Positions 46,024 through 47,452 of a stretch of DNA of 47,452 nucleotides are shown here, one piece after another. How positions within the stretch are numbered: the stretch's first letter is position 1; every line of letters begins with the position of its first letter. Position numbers and translations under genes: made by a program. Below the pieces are notes generated by a model. That model was not told where the DNA came from and ran no database searches. It worked only from the letters and a program-made list of their open reading frames with translations. Source of the DNA: an uncultured Actinomycetes bacterium (GTDB lineage: Bacteria; Actinomycetota; Coriobacteriia; Coriobacteriales; RUG033); the NCBI GenBank assembly GCA_900314665.1, contig OMWF01000080.1, positions 1 to 47,452 on the forward strand. Direction: 5' to 3'.

Positions 46024-47055
46024 ATGCAGAAGAAGGACATCGACTGGGGTAGCTTGGGCTTCAGCTACCGGCATACGGACTACAGCTACTTCTCCAACTA
46101 CAAGGACGGCGCCTGGGACGAGGGCACGCTGACGCCCGACCACACCATCACGCTCTCCGAGTGCGCCGGCCTGCTGCACTACTGCCAGGAGGTCTTTGAG
46201 GGCCTCAAGGCTTACACCTCTAAGAACGGCGACATCGTCTGCTTCCGCCCGGACCAGAACGCGGAGCGCATGTACAACTCGGCCCAGCGCCTGTGCATGC
46301 CCCCCTTCCCCAAGGAGCGCTTCATCGAGGCCGTTGAGGACGTCATCCGCGCCAACGCCGCCTGGGTGCCGCCCTACGGGTCCGGCGCCACGCTCTACAT
46401 TCGCCCGTACATGTTTGCCACCGGCGACGTGATCGGCGTCAAGCCGGCGCTCGAGTACCAGTTCCGCATCCTCACCACGCCGGTCGGCCCCTACTACTCG
46501 GGCGGCGTCAAGCCCGTCAAGCTCAAGGTCTCCGACTACGACCGCGCCGCGCCCCACGGCACCGGCAACATCAAGGCCGGCCTCAACTATGCGATGAGCC
46601 TCTACCCGAGCGTGCAGGCCCACGCTGAGGGCTATGCCGACAACATGTACCTCGATCCGCAGAGCCGCACCTATGTGGAGGAGACCGGCGGCGCCAACCT
46701 CCTGTTTGTCAAGGAGGACGGCACGCTCGTGGTGCCCCAGTCGGCAACCGACTCCATCCTCCCCTCGGTCACCCGCCGCTCGCTGGTGGACGTGGCTACC
46801 AAGATGCTCGGCATGACGGTCGAGCAGCGCCCGGTCAAGTTCTCCGAGATCGGCGACTTCGTCGAGTGCGGCATGTGCGGCACCGCGGCGGTCATCTCGC
46901 CGGTGGGCGAGGTCGACAAGGACGACGAGAAGATCGTCTACGGCATGGAGGAGACCGGCCCGGTGATGCGCAAGCTGCGCGAGACCCTCACCGGCATCCA
47001 GGACGGCGAGATCCCCGATCAGTTTGGCTGGGTCCACAAGGTCGACTGCGAGTAA
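46024..47055 (+). CDS. ilvE: Branched-chain amino acid aminotransferase (class IV, long form)
   Basis: FSYRHTDY, FEGLKAYT, FRPDQNAERM, GATLYIRP, ETGGANLLFV, CGTAAVISPV. ATG 46024 is preceded by GGGAAGAGGG. Confidence 0.92.
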   Translation: MQKKDIDWGSLGFSYRHTDYSYFSNYKDGAWDEGTLTPDHTITLSECAGLLHYCQEVFEGLKAYTSKNGDIVCFRPDQNAERMYNSAQRLCMPPFPKERFIEAVEDVIRANAAWVPPYGSGATLYIRPYMFATGDVIGVKPALEYQFRILTTPVGPYYSGGVKPVKLKVSDYDRAAPHGTGNIKAGLNYAMSLYPSVQAHAEGYADNMYLDPQSRTYVEETGGANLLFVKEDGTLVVPQSATDSILPSVTRRSLVDVATKMLGMTVEQRPVKFSEIGDFVECGMCGTAAVISPVGEVDKDDEKIVYGMEETGPVMRKLRETLTGIQDGEIPDQFGWVHKVDCE

Positions 47056-47087
47056 GGCCCGCGCCCGACAGACGCTCCGACAAGCAA

Positions 47088-47122
47088 GGTCCGCCCTCCA
47101 AGCCGGGGGCGGACCTTTTTTG
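47088..47122 (+). terminator. Intrinsic terminator after ilvE
   Basis: GGTCCGCCC / GGGCGGACC 9-bp stem followed by TTTTTTG. Confidence 0.85.
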
Positions 47123-47151
47123 TTGTCGCGGCCGCCCGCCGGCCAGCCCCG

Positions 47152-47452
47152 TCAGACGGCCTTGCGCCCCGGACCCTGCGCCAGCCTCAGAAGCTCGCGC
47201 TTGGCCTGCGGGCGCGGCCCTACGGGCATGGCCACCAGGTGATCGCCGTGGCGGATGCGCACGCTCTCCCGCGGGACCACGATGCGCTCCGCCTTGTGGA
47301 GACTCAGGAGCAGCGAGCTTGTCGGCCAGTCGACGCCGCCCACCGGGCAGCCGTCGAGGGCGCTGCCCTTCTCGACCCGCACGTCCATGATGCGGTCGGG
47401 GTCCCCATCGTTGCGCTCCTCGCCATGGGCATCGAGGTAGCGGTCGAGAAGC
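47152..47452 (-). CDS. Partial CDS (C-terminal part), RCK/TrkA-C-like domain protein. The N-terminus lies outside the window.
   Basis: The frame stays open to the window edge. VEKGSALDGCPVGGVDWP...IVVPRESVRIRHGDHLVAM resembles the TrkA-C fold pattern. Confidence 0.45.
   Translation of the reverse strand, partial: LLDRYLDAHGEERNDGDPDRIMDVRVEKGSALDGCPVGGVDWPTSSLLLSLHKAERIVVPRESVRIRHGDHLVAMPVGPRPQAKRELLRLAQGPGRKAV

Noticed and set aside
1-47452. Mobile elements, prophage or defence islands (integrases, transposases, restriction-modification, toxin-antitoxin pairs, CRISPR-Cas).
   Set aside because: No ORF shows integrase, transposase, nuclease-helicase or toxin-antitoxin signatures, and no terminal inverted repeats or tRNA-adjacent att-like duplications were seen. 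The gene content is core housekeeping, cell-wall and energy metabolism.

Overview
The window is GC-rich and densely packed with genes. Gene content and order look like a Coriobacteriia-type actinobacterium; this is an inference from synteny, not a database hit. No rRNA, tRNA, CRISPR array, transposase or prophage signature was recognised.

Gene order, left to right:
- A housekeeping block: recA-recX-rny, an orphan GHKL ATPase, DJ-1/PfpI (minus strand), spoVS, a PHP phosphoesterase, miaB-miaA, dapF, hflX.
- An SOS/nucleotide block: lexA, divergent from a small tail-anchored ORF followed by nrdR-dut, then a LexA-boxed Y-family polymerase with a tightly coupled 89-aa ORF.
- About 870 bp with no credible CDS.
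- A lipoprotein Amidase_3, then murT-gatD.
- A minus-strand iorA-iorB-degV-NSS transporter string.
- Three tandem coiled-coil NlpC/P60 hydrolases.
- apt, a Zn-ribbon/FHA protein, and a LigB/DODA-family protein.
- A PBP5-type D,D-carboxypeptidase and a VanW protein.
- A six-gene Ech-order group-4 [NiFe] hydrogenase.
- A TPR protein, an SDR epimerase-like protein, a possibly DUF4125-like protein, usp, ilvE and a partial RCK/TrkA-C gene.

GAAC-N4-GTTC SOS boxes sit inside or next to good promoters at recA, at the lexA/divergent-ORF region and at the polymerase.

Most worth a second look:
- the SOS-controlled tail-anchored ORF in the chiZ/divS position;
- the polymerase-coupled small ORF;
- a LigB-family protein in which, as I align it, every conserved His is replaced;
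- the gene-free 870-bp segment;
- AT-rich islands that share an exact 13-mer;
- the Ech cluster with extended soluble subunits;
- the triplicated CwlO/RipC-like hydrolases.

I cannot point to a clear-cut novel multi-gene system such as a defence island. All of the above are hypotheses.
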